A stretch of DNA of 45,170 bases from an uncultured Selenomonadales bacterium (GTDB lineage Bacteria; Bacillota; Negativicutes; Selenomonadales; Selenomonadaceae): contig CAMNPA010000001.1 in assembly GCA_946547205.1 (NCBI GenBank), positions 1-45,170 on the forward strand. The letters are read 5' to 3'. Under the pieces are notes generated by a model. It was given only the letters and a program-made list of their open reading frames with translations, was not told where the DNA came from and did not search any database. Position 1 is the stretch's first letter. The number at the start of each line of letters is the position of its first letter. A program made the position numbers and the translations under genes. Of the stretch, positions 1-9,657 are shown one piece after another.

Positions 1-136
1 TGTGTGCAGTGAATCGGACGACAGCTGCCAAATTCGGGCGCAAATTACTTTCGCACATGCTCGGACGCAAAAAGCTTTCGTCGTGAATCACTTTTTCTAT
101 TTCAATCGGCTCGGTGCCAAAATCATCTGCACGCAT
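1..136 (-). CDS. 5' end of an unidentified gene running off the window start (partial)
   Basis: ATG at 136 on the minus strand, 45 codons open to the window edge (MRADDFGTEPIEIEKVIHDESFLRPSMCESNLRPNLAAVVRFTAH). It falls below the 60-aa ORF-track cutoff. Third-position codon pattern resembles neighbouring genes more than the opposite + frame (2-160), which is rich in C-ending codons like an antisense shadow. Only 24 nt separate it from the divergent ATG at 161, so one of the two starts may be wrong. Confidence 0.3.
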   Translation of the reverse strand, partial: MRADDFGTEPIEIEKVIHDESFLRPSMCESNLRPNLAAVVRFTAH

Positions 137-160
137 TTACACATAAGCCGCCAATTCGAC

Positions 161-991
161 ATGAACAAAGATTATCGATTGGTCTTGTTGAATGAAACTG
201 CGTATTATCCGAAACTTCCTTGGGAAATTTTGTCGTACGGCGAAGATTTGCTGGAATTTATGAATTCGGGAGCGGTCTCGGAGAAAAGTTTTGTTTATGA
301 CGACGACTTTCAGTATCTGCTCGTTAATATGAAGTTCATTGAGCTTTTGGGCTATAAATCGATGACGGAATTCGCCAGGGAGCAAAATAATTCGTCGTTG
401 GCAAACATAAACGAGGCTGACAGAGCCGGTTACGTCGAATATCTTAAGAAACGCTACGAAAATAATTTGATCGGACGCGATGCGGTCGGAGAGTGTCAAC
501 CTTCAAGCACATATTACGTGAGTTATCGGCTGAAGTCGCCGTATTTGGTCGAGGAAGTTCGTGTTTTGGAATGCGGCAACTTTTTCACGCAGAACGGTCG
601 CACGACAATAAATTCTTTCGTGTTGAATCTCAACGAGGCTGAAAAGATCTCTGCGAATCAGAAATTTAATTCTTCGGTTCGCGAAGATTGCGGAATTCAC
701 ATCAAACAGAACGTCATAATTTATCCGCGCAGTCACAGAATCAAAATCGACAGTAAAATTATAGCGTTGACGCCGTTTGAAGGCGAGATATTCCTTGTGT
801 TGCTTGACAATCTGAATCGGCCTGTCATGCCGAAGAAAATTTACGAAACGATCTACAAAAATTCTTCAATGCACATTACGAGCAACGTCTTGCCAATGCA
901 TATCAGCAACATTCGCCGAAAACTGAGCTTTTGCAAAGATTTAATTCAAATTGTTTTCGTCAAAGCCGGCGGTTATTGCCTGCGAATGTGA
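161..991 (+). CDS. Transcriptional regulator: PAS-like N-terminal region plus C-terminal OmpR/PhoB-type winged-helix DNA-binding domain, no receiver domain
   Basis: The C-terminal ~90 aa (IALTPFEGEIFLVLLDNLNRPVMPKKIYETIY...HISNIRRKLS...IVFVKAGGYCL) has the trans_reg_C pattern (LTP.E..L...L......V......I........N.L..HI..LR.KL). The N-terminal FQYLLVNMKFIELLGYKSMTEF is PAS-like. First ATG is at 161. The ORF is open back to position 2 (GTG), so a longer form cannot be excluded. No clear Shine-Dalgarno. Confidence 0.6.
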   Translation: MNKDYRLVLLNETAYYPKLPWEILSYGEDLLEFMNSGAVSEKSFVYDDDFQYLLVNMKFIELLGYKSMTEFAREQNNSSLANINEADRAGYVEYLKKRYENNLIGRDAVGECQPSSTYYVSYRLKSPYLVEEVRVLECGNFFTQNGRTTINSFVLNLNEAEKISANQKFNSSVREDCGIHIKQNVIIYPRSHRIKIDSKIIALTPFEGEIFLVLLDNLNRPVMPKKIYETIYKNSSMHITSNVLPMHISNIRRKLSFCKDLIQIVFVKAGGYCLRM

Positions 992-2188
992 GACGTCGGC
1001 TTTTTTTGTCGTCAAAAGTTCTCCGCGAAAAGCCCGCGCCAATATCGATTTCTTCATCAGCTCGATACGCTCCAAAGTTTTTGTTGCAAGGTCTTTCGTC
1101 CGCTGTTCACGACCAAGCAAGTCGTCGAGCAGTCGGACGATTTCTTTTTGTTCGTCAAGCGGCGGCAGATTTATCGACGTGCCAAGAAATTCATCTTTTC
1201 TTATCGACGGAGAGTTGTCGCCTCTCATGAATTGCATCAAATAATTTATCGTTCCGTCGTAGCACAAAAATTGATAGAGAAATTTTGGCGATAATCCTTC
1301 CTTACATCTGCAAACAAAAAATCCTGTCGAGGCGATACAATCTTTTAAATCGTCGTCGATGAAGGCGATATTCTTCAGATAAGGTCTGACCATTGAAAAT
1401 AAGATGTTTCTTGATTCGACAGCGCGACTTGCTCGGCTCGGAGCTTCAATAGTTTTGATTATTTTCGGTGCTCTTACGGTTTGTCGCTCATTGTCAATCG
1501 AATCAATATCAATGTAACGAAAAGTTTCGCCAGTAGGACGTTTAGTTTGCATTGGCAAAAGCAGTTCCGACAAAAATTTTTTCTGCCAGGTGTCGAGAGT
1601 GAAGCCGTGTTCGTCGCGCCAAAGCTTGGTTAGTTCGCCGGCAAAAGCTTTGTGAAGGATAGCTGCCCGCCGAAGTTCCGAGCCGTCGACGACCGCTTGA
1701 GCCAGTGCCTTAGCCTCGTCGAGCTTGGCAAACAGTTCGTCGAGCAAAGAAACAATGCGTTGCTGTTCGTTGAGTGGCGGCAGCGGGATTTCAGTTTCTT
1801 TAAAAGGCTTCAAAGTTATGTGCACCATTCCGGAGCCGTGTGCTTTTTCGTAAAGATGATTGGTTATAAACGTTAGGTAATAATACAGGTACGATTTTTC
1901 GACACCGTTATTAGGAACAACTTTGAATATGTGTTGATTTAACCAAGCGTCTTCACCTTGCCAAATGTACGCGCCTAAAGTTGCTGACCATGAAAAGAGC
2001 AAGTCGCCTCTTGTCACTGAAAATTTTTCGTCGTAGTTTTTTGTTGTTCTATTGCAAATCTCGCTAGAGTTTGTGAGATTTTGAATGCGAATTATCGGTT
2101 TTCCGATTTTTTCCCATTCATTCGGCTTAAAAGCCCTGCCGTTTATGTATTTGGCAACAGAACCAAGTGTACTAATCTTGTCAGTCAT
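941..2188 (-). CDS. hsdS: Type I restriction-modification specificity subunit
   Basis: Two variable target-recognition halves, each followed by the conserved HsdS helix: LPPLNEQQRIVSLLDELFAKLDEAKALAQ...ILHKAFAGELT and LPPLDEQKEIVRLLDDLLGREQ...SILARAFRGELL. ATG at 2188 overlaps the hsdM stop (ATGACTGA). The ORF-track start at 2311 is an in-frame extension inside hsdM. Confidence 0.85.
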   Translation of the reverse strand: MTDKISTLGSVAKYINGRAFKPNEWEKIGKPIIRIQNLTNSSEICNRTTKNYDEKFSVTRGDLLFSWSATLGAYIWQGEDAWLNQHIFKVVPNNGVEKSYLYYYLTFITNHLYEKAHGSGMVHITLKPFKETEIPLPPLNEQQRIVSLLDELFAKLDEAKALAQAVVDGSELRRAAILHKAFAGELTKLWRDEHGFTLDTWQKKFLSELLLPMQTKRPTGETFRYIDIDSIDNERQTVRAPKIIKTIEAPSRASRAVESRNILFSMVRPYLKNIAFIDDDLKDCIASTGFFVCRCKEGLSPKFLYQFLCYDGTINYLMQFMRGDNSPSIRKDEFLGTSINLPPLDEQKEIVRLLDDLLGREQRTKDLATKTLERIELMKKSILARAFRGELLTTKKADVSHSQAITAGFDENNLN

Positions 2189-3596
2189 TATTTGCCTCCA
2201 GTGCACGCAACTTGTTGACGACGCCTTGAAGTAAATCGACAGCCTCTTGAAGGTCGTCAATCGCATCTTCGCCCAGTTCAATCGGATCGGGCAAGTCGTC
2301 AGCGTCAACAATCGAATCGTCGCGAATCAAGCCGAGGTCGAGCGAATTATTTTTTTCTGCAATCTGTTCCCGCGTGAAGACATTAAAGCGTTCGTCGTTG
2401 ACTGCGCGGCGGTCATCAGCCTCAAAAGCTTTTTCAAAATCGGTGAAGTGTTCGCGACGGAGCGGATTGGTCTTTCCAAAAGAAGGCATATTCGTCCGCA
2501 AGTCGTAAAACCAAACTTCGCGTGTTTTGTTTTCGTCAGTGGTGCCGCGAGAGAAGAACAGGACATTGGTCTTGACGCCTTGCGCGTAAAAAATTCCAGT
2601 CGGCAGTCTCAAAATCGTATGCAGGTTGCATTTGTGCATGAGGTCGACGCGAATTTTTTCACCGTCTCCGTCGGCAAAAAGAACGTTGTCGGGCAGAATG
2701 ACTGCTGCGCGTCCGCCGGGCTTGAGACTGCGATAAAAATGTTGCAGGAAGTTCAACTGCTTATTGCTCGTCGGAAAAGTGAAGTCGTCGCGGGTAGCTC
2801 GTTCGCCGCCTTTTTTAGTTCCGAATGGCGGGTTGCTCAAGATGAGATCGAAATTTTTCATGGACTTGCCGACTTCGCTGAGAGTGTCGCCCAAAATAAT
2901 TTTGCCGTCGAGCCCGTGCAACATTGCATTCATCAGCGCGAGGCGATGAGTATCGTGGACGAGTTCGCAACCGGTAAAGGCTTGAGTCTTCTCAAAATTC
3001 TTTTCCGCCTCCGACAAGTCAAAGAAATCATCGGTATGGTCGCGGACATATTGAGCGGCGGCTATCATGAAGCCGAAGGTTCCGCAAGCAGGGTCGTTGC
3101 AACGTTCGCCCGCCGTCGGTTTCATCAGCCGAACGATAACATCAATCAGCGCACGTGGAGTAAAGTATTGACCTGCGCCGGATTTTTTCTCGTTAGCGTT
3201 CTTTTCGAGAAGCCCTTCATAAAGGTTGCCGAGACCTTCTTCCCGCGCTGAATACCAGTCAAGAGCATCGATACTGGCAATAATTTTTTCAAGATTCTTT
3301 GGCTCGTCGATGTTTGTGGACGCGCCTTGATAAATTTCGCGGATACGTCCCGTACAATTTTCACCGAGATGATTCAGCAACGCCTTGTAAAATTTTTTGA
3401 GTTCAATGCCGCTCTTAGTCGAAAGATTTTCCCAGCGATAACCTTTAGGGATTTTATCTTCGGCACCAGTCTCTGACGCCATTTTGAGGAATAGGATATA
3501 AGTCAGCTCGGTAACGTACTGATGATAAGTGATGCCGTCGTCGCGCAGGACGTTGCACAAATTCCAGAGCTTGCCGACAATTTCTTGAGTGTTCAC
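2181..3596 (-). CDS. hsdM: Type I R-M N6-adenine DNA methyltransferase subunit
   Basis: HsdM N-terminal pattern MNTQEIVGKLWNLCNVLRDDG, SAM-binding motif NDPACGTFGF, catalytic NPPFG (LILSNPPFGTKKGG). GTG start overlaps the hsdR stop (GTGA). Confidence 0.95.
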   Translation of the reverse strand: MNTQEIVGKLWNLCNVLRDDGITYHQYVTELTYILFLKMASETGAEDKIPKGYRWENLSTKSGIELKKFYKALLNHLGENCTGRIREIYQGASTNIDEPKNLEKIIASIDALDWYSAREEGLGNLYEGLLEKNANEKKSGAGQYFTPRALIDVIVRLMKPTAGERCNDPACGTFGFMIAAAQYVRDHTDDFFDLSEAEKNFEKTQAFTGCELVHDTHRLALMNAMLHGLDGKIILGDTLSEVGKSMKNFDLILSNPPFGTKKGGERATRDDFTFPTSNKQLNFLQHFYRSLKPGGRAAVILPDNVLFADGDGEKIRVDLMHKCNLHTILRLPTGIFYAQGVKTNVLFFSRGTTDENKTREVWFYDLRTNMPSFGKTNPLRREHFTDFEKAFEADDRRAVNDERFNVFTREQIAEKNNSLDLGLIRDDSIVDADDLPDPIELGEDAIDDLQEAVDLLQGVVNKLRALEANND

Positions 3597-6217
3597 GCGA
3601 CATCTCCTCCGTCGTCATAAAGATAGCGATTCAGTTCGTCAAGGATATTAGCCAGCTTGCCGCCAAAAACCTTGTCAATACGTTTGAAGCCGCCCGCGTC
3701 CTTGAAGTGACTGCCCGTCTCGTCGAACACTGCGGGATTTATCAAAGACTCGCGGCGCAAAAATTTTTCGATACGGTCAAGCCATTTCAATTCGGTTGAA
3801 GAAAAATCATGAGCGGCTTTCAATCGGTCGACGGCATTTGAAATTTTATCGGCGTGATTGACGAGTTGAGCACCAATCGCATAACGACGAATCAAGCTAA
3901 TAATATCGGCAGTGATTTCGACGTTGGACAGCTGAGAAATTGCGGCGTTGAGTTGGTCGGCAGTAAAATTTTTTTCACTCAAGGCAAGACGCAAGCTCTT
4001 TAAGTCGGCGCGAGTCAAATCCTTCGGACGCGTGCAAACGATATTTAGCGCGGCAATTTCATTCCGATTCGTCGTAATAAATTTGGTGAACTCGTCAAGA
4101 TAATCTTGCGGTCGTTTACCTTCACCAAAATCGACTTCGTGAGCTGTCAGAAAATCTTCGTGCTCGGAAATGACAAACGTCCTGCCATGAGAAATTTTTT
4201 CTTGCAAAGAATCCGCATGACTTAGCAGAAAATCTCTGGCGTCGTGTGCGGTCAAAGTTTTGAGCGTGTCAATGAGTTCTTTTGTAGTATCGTCGAGGTT
4301 GCGACGGCGAAGCCTTGCGATAATTTGATTGACAAGATTTTGAACAGCTTTATCGTCGTCAAGATTTTTCAAGTTGTCAAGCAGCTGAGTAAAGGTCACC
4401 GACGAATTGGCGACGACAGGTTTCATTTCGCTGACAGGTTCGAGGGCTTCATAAATTCCAACTGCGTCAAAGATTCTGAAATGAGTTTTGCCAATGTCGG
4501 GACAAAGGCGGGTTGCACGACCAAGCATTTGTTCAAAAAGGATACGAGATTTGACGTGCCTCATAAAAACGAGTGTGTCAATCGCGGGCACGTCAATACC
4601 GGTCGTAAGCAAATCAACAGTCACTACAATATTCGGATAGCGTTCGTTTTTAAAGCGTCGTATGGCGTCCAGAACACGTTCCTTATCGCCAATGATTCCC
4701 GTGATTTTTGTAATGGCTTCATTGCTTATGCCACGCGCAGTGTAAATGTCTTTGAGAATCTGAACGATTAAATCGGCGTGCATGTCGCTCACGGCAAAAA
4801 TCAACGTCTTGCCGGAGCCTTCAGGGTCGATGTAATTTGAAATTTCCTTCAGCACTACGCGATTAAAATTCTCGTTGACGACTTGCCGATTGAAATTGTC
4901 AATATCAAAATCCAGCTCGTCGGCAAGCAGTTCGCTGACAAGTTCGCCGGTTGCAGTGTCGCACATCGTGACGGTCTCGCCGCGCCTGTAGTGAATGCCG
5001 CTTTCGGAAAGTTGCGTTTTCAAACGGTGCGGCGGGTCGTGGTCGACGAGATGACCGTCAACGACAGCCTCGCGGTAAGTGTACTTGAAAGCCGGCTTGC
5101 CAAAAATTTCAGTGGTGTGTAAAGCAGGCGTGGCAGTCAGCGCGATTTTCACGGCGTCAAAATATTCAATGACGGCGCGATATTTGCTTTGATAGTCGCT
5201 TTGGTCTTTGAATAAAATTTCATCGTCGGCAAGTTCACGATCGAGGATATAGCCACGATGTGCCTCGTCGATAATTATCAAGTCGTAATCCGTTACACCA
5301 GGAATAAAATCTTCACCGTAAAGAATTCTTTTGACCATGCTTTGAACGGTAGCAATTTGCAAGCGAGTTTCTTTGCCGAAAGTCTTGTCGCCGAGTTTGT
5401 TGACGTTGTAGATTTTATCGAGTGGCAATAAATCTTCGAGCTTGACGGTGGCGAAAACATCTTGAGCTTGTTCGCCGAGTGAATTCCTGTCGACGAGAAA
5501 CAAAATCCGGCGAAAACGCTCTGCCTTCAAGAATCGGTAAATCATTCCGAGGACAGTTCGCGTCTTGCCGGTGCCTGTCGCCATCGCGACTAAAATATTT
5601 TTCCGTCCGTCAAGAACAGCTTTTTCAACTGCTTGAACGGCTTTTATCTGGTAGTCGCGCAGATTTAATCCGTCATCGTCGCGCAACAAATCAAACGACA
5701 AACTTTGCAGCGTATCGTTGCCCGCCGAAATATCGCGTTCGAGCAGTTCAAGAATTCCCGTCGGACTTATCCAGCCGCGCAGGGCTTTTGGCGCGTTGTC
5801 AGGTTTACGCAAATCAAGAAACCAAATGCCGGATTTTGTTTCGAGCTGTTGGTTATAAGGTCTGCCATTAGTCGCGAAGACGAAAGGAACTTTAAAGCCG
5901 CACCAATCATCGAGCCGATAAATTTTATCTTCGTCGCGAAAAGTTCGCGAATATTCTTTGCACTGGCAATCAATGACGGCAGGAATGTCTTTATAACTCG
6001 CCTTAGCCTCAATCGTAGCAATCATTTTCGTCCCGACGAACAGTGCATAATCAACAAAGCCGCTGTCTGTCTGCCATTCAGCAATGGCAATGTTGCGCCC
6101 GTTTTGCGGACGAATGCCTTTGGAGTAGCGAAGATTTTCAGTATTGACATCCCAGCCGAATTTTCTAAGCTGCGCGTCGATAATTTTGCGCGTCTCGGAT
6201 TCATTTGACATAATCAT
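3593..6217 (-). CDS. hsdR: Type I restriction enzyme R subunit (nuclease/DEAD-box helicase), EcoEI-R-like C-terminus
   Basis: N-terminal PD-(D/E)xK-like region (ETRKIIDAQLRKFGW, VDYALF...IATIEAKA). Helicase motif I VAMATGTGKTRT, motif II LIIIDEAHRG. C-terminal tail resembles the EcoEI R C-terminal domain. The ATG at 6217 (or 6211) lies inside the last codons of the upstream phosphatase gene (ATGATTATGTCAAATGA). Confidence 0.95.
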   Translation of the reverse strand: MIMSNESETRKIIDAQLRKFGWDVNTENLRYSKGIRPQNGRNIAIAEWQTDSGFVDYALFVGTKMIATIEAKASYKDIPAVIDCQCKEYSRTFRDEDKIYRLDDWCGFKVPFVFATNGRPYNQQLETKSGIWFLDLRKPDNAPKALRGWISPTGILELLERDISAGNDTLQSLSFDLLRDDDGLNLRDYQIKAVQAVEKAVLDGRKNILVAMATGTGKTRTVLGMIYRFLKAERFRRILFLVDRNSLGEQAQDVFATVKLEDLLPLDKIYNVNKLGDKTFGKETRLQIATVQSMVKRILYGEDFIPGVTDYDLIIIDEAHRGYILDRELADDEILFKDQSDYQSKYRAVIEYFDAVKIALTATPALHTTEIFGKPAFKYTYREAVVDGHLVDHDPPHRLKTQLSESGIHYRRGETVTMCDTATGELVSELLADELDFDIDNFNRQVVNENFNRVVLKEISNYIDPEGSGKTLIFAVSDMHADLIVQILKDIYTARGISNEAITKITGIIGDKERVLDAIRRFKNERYPNIVVTVDLLTTGIDVPAIDTLVFMRHVKSRILFEQMLGRATRLCPDIGKTHFRIFDAVGIYEALEPVSEMKPVVANSSVTFTQLLDNLKNLDDDKAVQNLVNQIIARLRRRNLDDTTKELIDTLKTLTAHDARDFLLSHADSLQEKISHGRTFVISEHEDFLTAHEVDFGEGKRPQDYLDEFTKFITTNRNEIAALNIVCTRPKDLTRADLKSLRLALSEKNFTADQLNAAISQLSNVEITADIISLIRRYAIGAQLVNHADKISNAVDRLKAAHDFSSTELKWLDRIEKFLRRESLINPAVFDETGSHFKDAGGFKRIDKVFGGKLANILDELNRYLYDDGGDVA

Positions 6218-7421
6218 TTTCTTTGAAAGCCGACTGTTTTAAGAGCGCGGAGCAGCCGATAAAAATTTCTTTAAAAGTTTTACGATAGTCGCCGTCCGGA
6301 AAAGGATCGTCGACGTTAAACGCGCGCCCGTCTAAGTCTGTGAAGAGCCGAATTTTATTTTCAGGGTCGCCGCCGCAAATTTTCTTTGCCTGTCGCAACA
6401 TGTATTCATCGAGAGCGATAACACATTTGAATTTGCGATATTCTTCTGCGGTGAATCGTTTGGAAACGTGTTTGTCGAACGGAATGTTTTTTTCGCGCAG
6501 AACGTCGCGAGCCTTTCCGCTCATGGATCCGCCGCCGCGAGTGTTGCAGCCTGCAGAGTCGACGAAAATTTTTTCCGACAAATTATTTTGCTTGAGCAAG
6601 TGACGCATGATGTATTTTGCCATAGGCGAGCGACAAGAATTTCCTGAACAAACAAATAGGATACTGTCAATCTGCGCGGCATCGCTCTGCCAAAGTTCGC
6701 CGCTTAAAATGTCGACGCAAGAAAGTTGCCCGTCTTCTTTGGCATGAGTGTCGAGCATTAAAATATTTCTGCCGGGAATTTTGAGCGGAAGATTGAGATT
6801 GTATTTTTCCGAGCTGCCAAAAATTTTCTTCGGGCTCTTGTGTCCGACGACGATGACTGCCCTGCCCGAATAGTCGCGATAAAAATTTTTAAGCTTGGGA
6901 TGATCGAGCAGATAAGTTTTCGTTTGAGCGTCAAGCGGCGCGTTCACATTAACTCCTGCGTGACAGAAGAAATATTTTCGTCCGCCGATCGTAATTGAAT
7001 GACACAGCGGCAAATTCGTCAGGAAGTCGTAAATCTCTTGCGGGAAGTACGACTCCTTAAGCGCGACTGTCTTTATATCGCGGGCAACTCCTCTGTTTGC
7101 TCGTGACATTTTGCCGTCGTTGTCGAAGAGATGATAAATGTACGTTTCATCGACATTGCCGCGCAGAAAGATTATATTTTTCTTCTTCCTGTGCTCAAGA
7201 ATCCAATGCAGCGTCTCAATGTTTTTGTCGCCCAAGCCGTAAAGATAATCGCCCAAAAAAATTACAAGGTCGTCGTCGGTAACAGAAATTTTTTTCCAAA
7301 GCGAAGTCAGCTTGTCGAAGGCGGCATGAACGTCGCCGATTGCCAAAATTCTTTTGTAGGGCGAATCGTTTTTGGACGGAATAATTTCGTCGGCGTTGTT
7401 GATGAATTTTTTCTCGGTCAT
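6201..7421 (-). CDS. Fusion protein: divergent calcineurin-like (PPP/lambda-type) metallophosphoesterase domain plus C-terminal low-molecular-weight protein-tyrosine phosphatase domain
   Basis: The N-terminal half keeps the PPP scaffold, but key motifs are altered: GDVHA (GDxHG), GDYLYGLG (GDxxDRG), GNVDE (GNHE). CHAG and VVGHK are retained. The C-terminal half has a perfect LMW-PTP P-loop VCSGNSCRSPMA (CxGNxCRS) and a downstream DDPFPDG (DP loop). RBS GAAGGAG lies 9 nt before the ATG at 7421. The track start at 7439 is a TTG inside that RBS. Confidence 0.8.
   Translation of the reverse strand: MTEKKFINNADEIIPSKNDSPYKRILAIGDVHAAFDKLTSLWKKISVTDDDLVIFLGDYLYGLGDKNIETLHWILEHRKKKNIIFLRGNVDETYIYHLFDNDGKMSRANRGVARDIKTVALKESYFPQEIYDFLTNLPLCHSITIGGRKYFFCHAGVNVNAPLDAQTKTYLLDHPKLKNFYRDYSGRAVIVVGHKSPKKIFGSSEKYNLNLPLKIPGRNILMLDTHAKEDGQLSCVDILSGELWQSDAAQIDSILFVCSGNSCRSPMAKYIMRHLLKQNNLSEKIFVDSAGCNTRGGGSMSGKARDVLREKNIPFDKHVSKRFTAEEYRKFKCVIALDEYMLRQAKKICGGDPENKIRLFTDLDGRAFNVDDPFPDGDYRKTFKEIFIGCSALLKQSAFKENDYVK
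7332..7373. repeat. Near-identical nucleotide patch shared by the two phosphoesterase paralogs
   Basis: 7332-7373 matches 9429-9470 at 41 of 42 positions by eye (gtcgccgattgccaaaattcttttgta[g/a]ggcgaatcgttttt). It encodes KNDSPYKRILAIGD in both genes. Confidence 0.8.
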
Positions 7422-7435
7422 TTTTACGCACTCCT

Positions 7436-8641
7436 TCAAAAAATTTTACCTTCGCCGGTCAAGTCGGAAAGTTTTTTTTCGGCGAAAGTGTTGCCAAGTT
7501 CGGCGGCTTTGCGATAAAACTCAAGAGCTTTTTTTATGTCCGGTTCGAGAGAGCCGCAACCTTCCTCGTAAATCTCGGCGATGTCGTAAATAATGCTGCT
7601 GTCGGGACGTTCTTCCTTCGCAAGCTTCTTTGTCAAGAATTCCAAGAGCTTTTCTCCGTCAGCTTTGAAATTGGCTCCGCCGTTGCGATAAATCTTGGCG
7701 ACATCAATATAAGCCCAACTGTCGCCGTATTCATCAGCTTTTAGAAAATATTCAAGAGCTTTGGGAATGTCGTTGAGCTTGAAATAAATTTGAGCGACGA
7801 TCTTAAAAGACTCGGCAATTTCATTCTTAGTGATGAAAAGAAAATCATCTTCCTCATCGGTTATGCTGTTGCATTTCTTCTGCGCATACTCCAGAAAATA
7901 GCCAATGAGCTTGTGCCCGTAAACTTCGATGTCAATTTTCTCCTCGTTATAAAGTTCTTTCAGCCAATGAAACGCACAAAGATAGCCGCGCTCAATCGCT
8001 TGGATCAGATATTCAACGGCGCGTCGTCCGTCGATTTGCACAGAGCCGCAACCTTTGGCGTAGATGTCAACGATTCTGAACAATGCCGTACTTTCAAAGT
8101 GCACCTTATTTTTCCCGCCGAGCAATTCAATTTCATCCAATCGTTCATAAAGCGCAAGAGCCTTTTGACCGTCGGGAAGAACGCCGCATTTTCCGCAGCG
8201 ATAAATTTCGGCAATTTGCTTGTATGCGTTTTTGAGACGACTTTCGCTCCGATCGAAAAAGCGTTTGAGAATTCCCGGGTAGTTTTGCTCAACGTCTTCA
8301 TTGCTTGCGACAAAATTTTTCGTAAGCTCAATGGCTTTGTTAATCCCTTCGAGTGTCTGCGCGAGATATTCGAGAGCTTTGTAGCCGTCGGGCTGAACAC
8401 CGCCTTTGCCTTCAAGAAAAATTTCGGCGATCTCTTTCGGCATTGTGAAGTTGCAAATTTTTTCCACTGCGTCAAAATATTCGTTGGCTTGATTCATGTC
8501 GTCGTAACCGCTTTGAAAATATCTTGCAGTGATTTCGTCGAAAGTCTTGCCTATGTCGAGATTGCTCATGGCGCGAGTATTGCCGTTTTCTGCAAGCCGA
8601 TTTGTTTTCCATGAAAGATCACTCCTCTCCAAAATTTTCAT
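7436..8641 (-). CDS. Sel1-like repeat (SLR/TPR-fold) protein
   Basis: Several ~36-aa repeats of one pattern: IAEIFLEGKGGVQPDGYKALEYL, IAEIYRCGKCGVLPDGQKALALY, IVDIYAKGCGSVQIDGRRAVEYL, VAKIYRNGGANFKADGEKLLEFL, IAEIYEEGCGSLEPDIKKALEFYRKAAELGN. Start is uncertain: ATG at 8641 overlaps the upstream gene end by 23 nt, and ATG at 8569 is the alternative. The track start at 8758 is a TTG inside the upstream gene. Confidence 0.7.
   Translation of the reverse strand: MKILERSDLSWKTNRLAENGNTRAMSNLDIGKTFDEITARYFQSGYDDMNQANEYFDAVEKICNFTMPKEIAEIFLEGKGGVQPDGYKALEYLAQTLEGINKAIELTKNFVASNEDVEQNYPGILKRFFDRSESRLKNAYKQIAEIYRCGKCGVLPDGQKALALYERLDEIELLGGKNKVHFESTALFRIVDIYAKGCGSVQIDGRRAVEYLIQAIERGYLCAFHWLKELYNEEKIDIEVYGHKLIGYFLEYAQKKCNSITDEEDDFLFITKNEIAESFKIVAQIYFKLNDIPKALEYFLKADEYGDSWAYIDVAKIYRNGGANFKADGEKLLEFLTKKLAKEERPDSSIIYDIAEIYEEGCGSLEPDIKKALEFYRKAAELGNTFAEKKLSDLTGEGKIF
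8363..8434. repeat. Conserved nucleotide patch shared by two SLR paralogs
   Basis: 8363-8434 versus 9982-10053: about 65 of 72 positions identical by eye. Both encode EIAEIFLEGK[G/A]GV[Q/E]PDGYKA[L/I]EYL. Confidence 0.7.
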
Positions 8642-9527
8642 CAGACTGCCAATATTGCCCGCTGATGATGTCCACGGCAGAAATGCGACTGCGCCAAGAG
8701 CCCGTGTCCAACATGAGAATATTTCTGTTCGGCACGGCAAAAGGTCTGGTGTTGTCAAAAATTTCTTTCGGATTCATGTAGTCGACCAAAAATTTATCTT
8801 CAAGCGTCATCAGCACGGCACCATCTTTATCGCGTGTTGAAAGCGTCTGTGTCGGCGTGTGTCCCACGACGATTATTTCTTTGCCGTTGTAGCCTCTGGT
8901 TCTATGAAAAAATTCCTTGCGAATCCAAATCAAATCATCAACTGTCTGATCTTCAAGCGCGACGGTTGGTCTAACTCCTGCGTGACAAAAAAAATACGTC
9001 CTGCCGTCAACTTCAATCGTATAGCTCAGATCCAAATTCTTAATGAAGTTCAAGAACTCGTCAACGATAAATTCGTTTTTCCGTCGAAGTTTAAGCAAGG
9101 CGTTAATGGTTTTGTCGCCGCCGTTGAGCACCCACAAAGCCGCATCCACATATTCCTTGACATCTCGATTAGTGAATCGATCTTTCTCGCCGCTAAAAAT
9201 CTTGTCCAGCAACTCGCGATCGTTCTTAAAGGCGTCAACCAACATAAGCTCATGATTGCCGGCAAGGAACACGAAATTTTTTTTGGTCTGTTGCTCAATC
9301 AACCATTCCAGAGTTTCAGCGACATTATATCCGCGATCAATATAATCGCCGTGGAAGATACACAAATCATCATCAGCCACGTTGAGTTTTTTCCATAACG
9401 ACATGAGCTTATACCAACAGCCATGTATGTCGCCGATTGCCAAAATTCTTTTGTAAGGCGAATCGTTTTTTTGTGGAATGAGATTTTCCATGCCGCCAAG
9501 GAAATTTTTAGTTGTATAATTTTCCAA
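8619..9527 (-). CDS. PPP-family (lambda phosphatase/ApaH-like) Ser/Thr metallophosphoesterase, motifs intact
   Basis: GDIHGCWYKL, GDYIDRG, GNHE, CHAG and VVGHTP are all present. Start is ambiguous. TTG at 9527 sits 9 nt after AAGGAG. ATG at 9491 and GTG at 9620 (track start) are alternatives without a good RBS. Confidence 0.8.
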   Translation of the reverse strand: MENYTTKNFLGGMENLIPQKNDSPYKRILAIGDIHGCWYKLMSLWKKLNVADDDLCIFHGDYIDRGYNVAETLEWLIEQQTKKNFVFLAGNHELMLVDAFKNDRELLDKIFSGEKDRFTNRDVKEYVDAALWVLNGGDKTINALLKLRRKNEFIVDEFLNFIKNLDLSYTIEVDGRTYFFCHAGVRPTVALEDQTVDDLIWIRKEFFHRTRGYNGKEIIVVGHTPTQTLSTRDKDGAVLMTLEDKFLVDYMNPKEIFDNTRPFAVPNRNILMLDTGSWRSRISAVDIISGQYWQSDENFGEE

Positions 9528-9657
9528 ATGATTTCTCTCCTTTATAAAGCTTGCGATGTTATTTTTGTTGAGGTGTTTCCTCAAATACTTGGCGTCTAAA
9601 ACACTCGACAATTTTATCACAAATATGAGCGGCGACCACTGAATCTGTAGAAAATTT

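Noticed and set aside
2247-3251. 334-aa plus-strand ORF
   Set aside because: It lies wholly antisense to hsdM, which has unmistakable methyltransferase motifs. Its translation is low-complexity with no motifs, so it is a shadow ORF. The same reasoning applies to 4244-4771, 5705-6208, 7790-8614, 8859-9398, 12295-12891, 14361-15107, 19464-20033, 22693-23289, 32704-33579 and 40538-41047.
6201-6700. Reading the CxGNxCRS domain as an ArsC-type arsenate reductase
   Set aside because: LMW-PTP and the thioredoxin-coupled ArsC share this P-loop. However, there are no ars genes nearby, the additional ArsC redox-relay cysteines are not evident, and the domain is fused to a protein-phosphatase-fold domain. 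A protein Tyr phosphatase is the better reading, though it is not proven.
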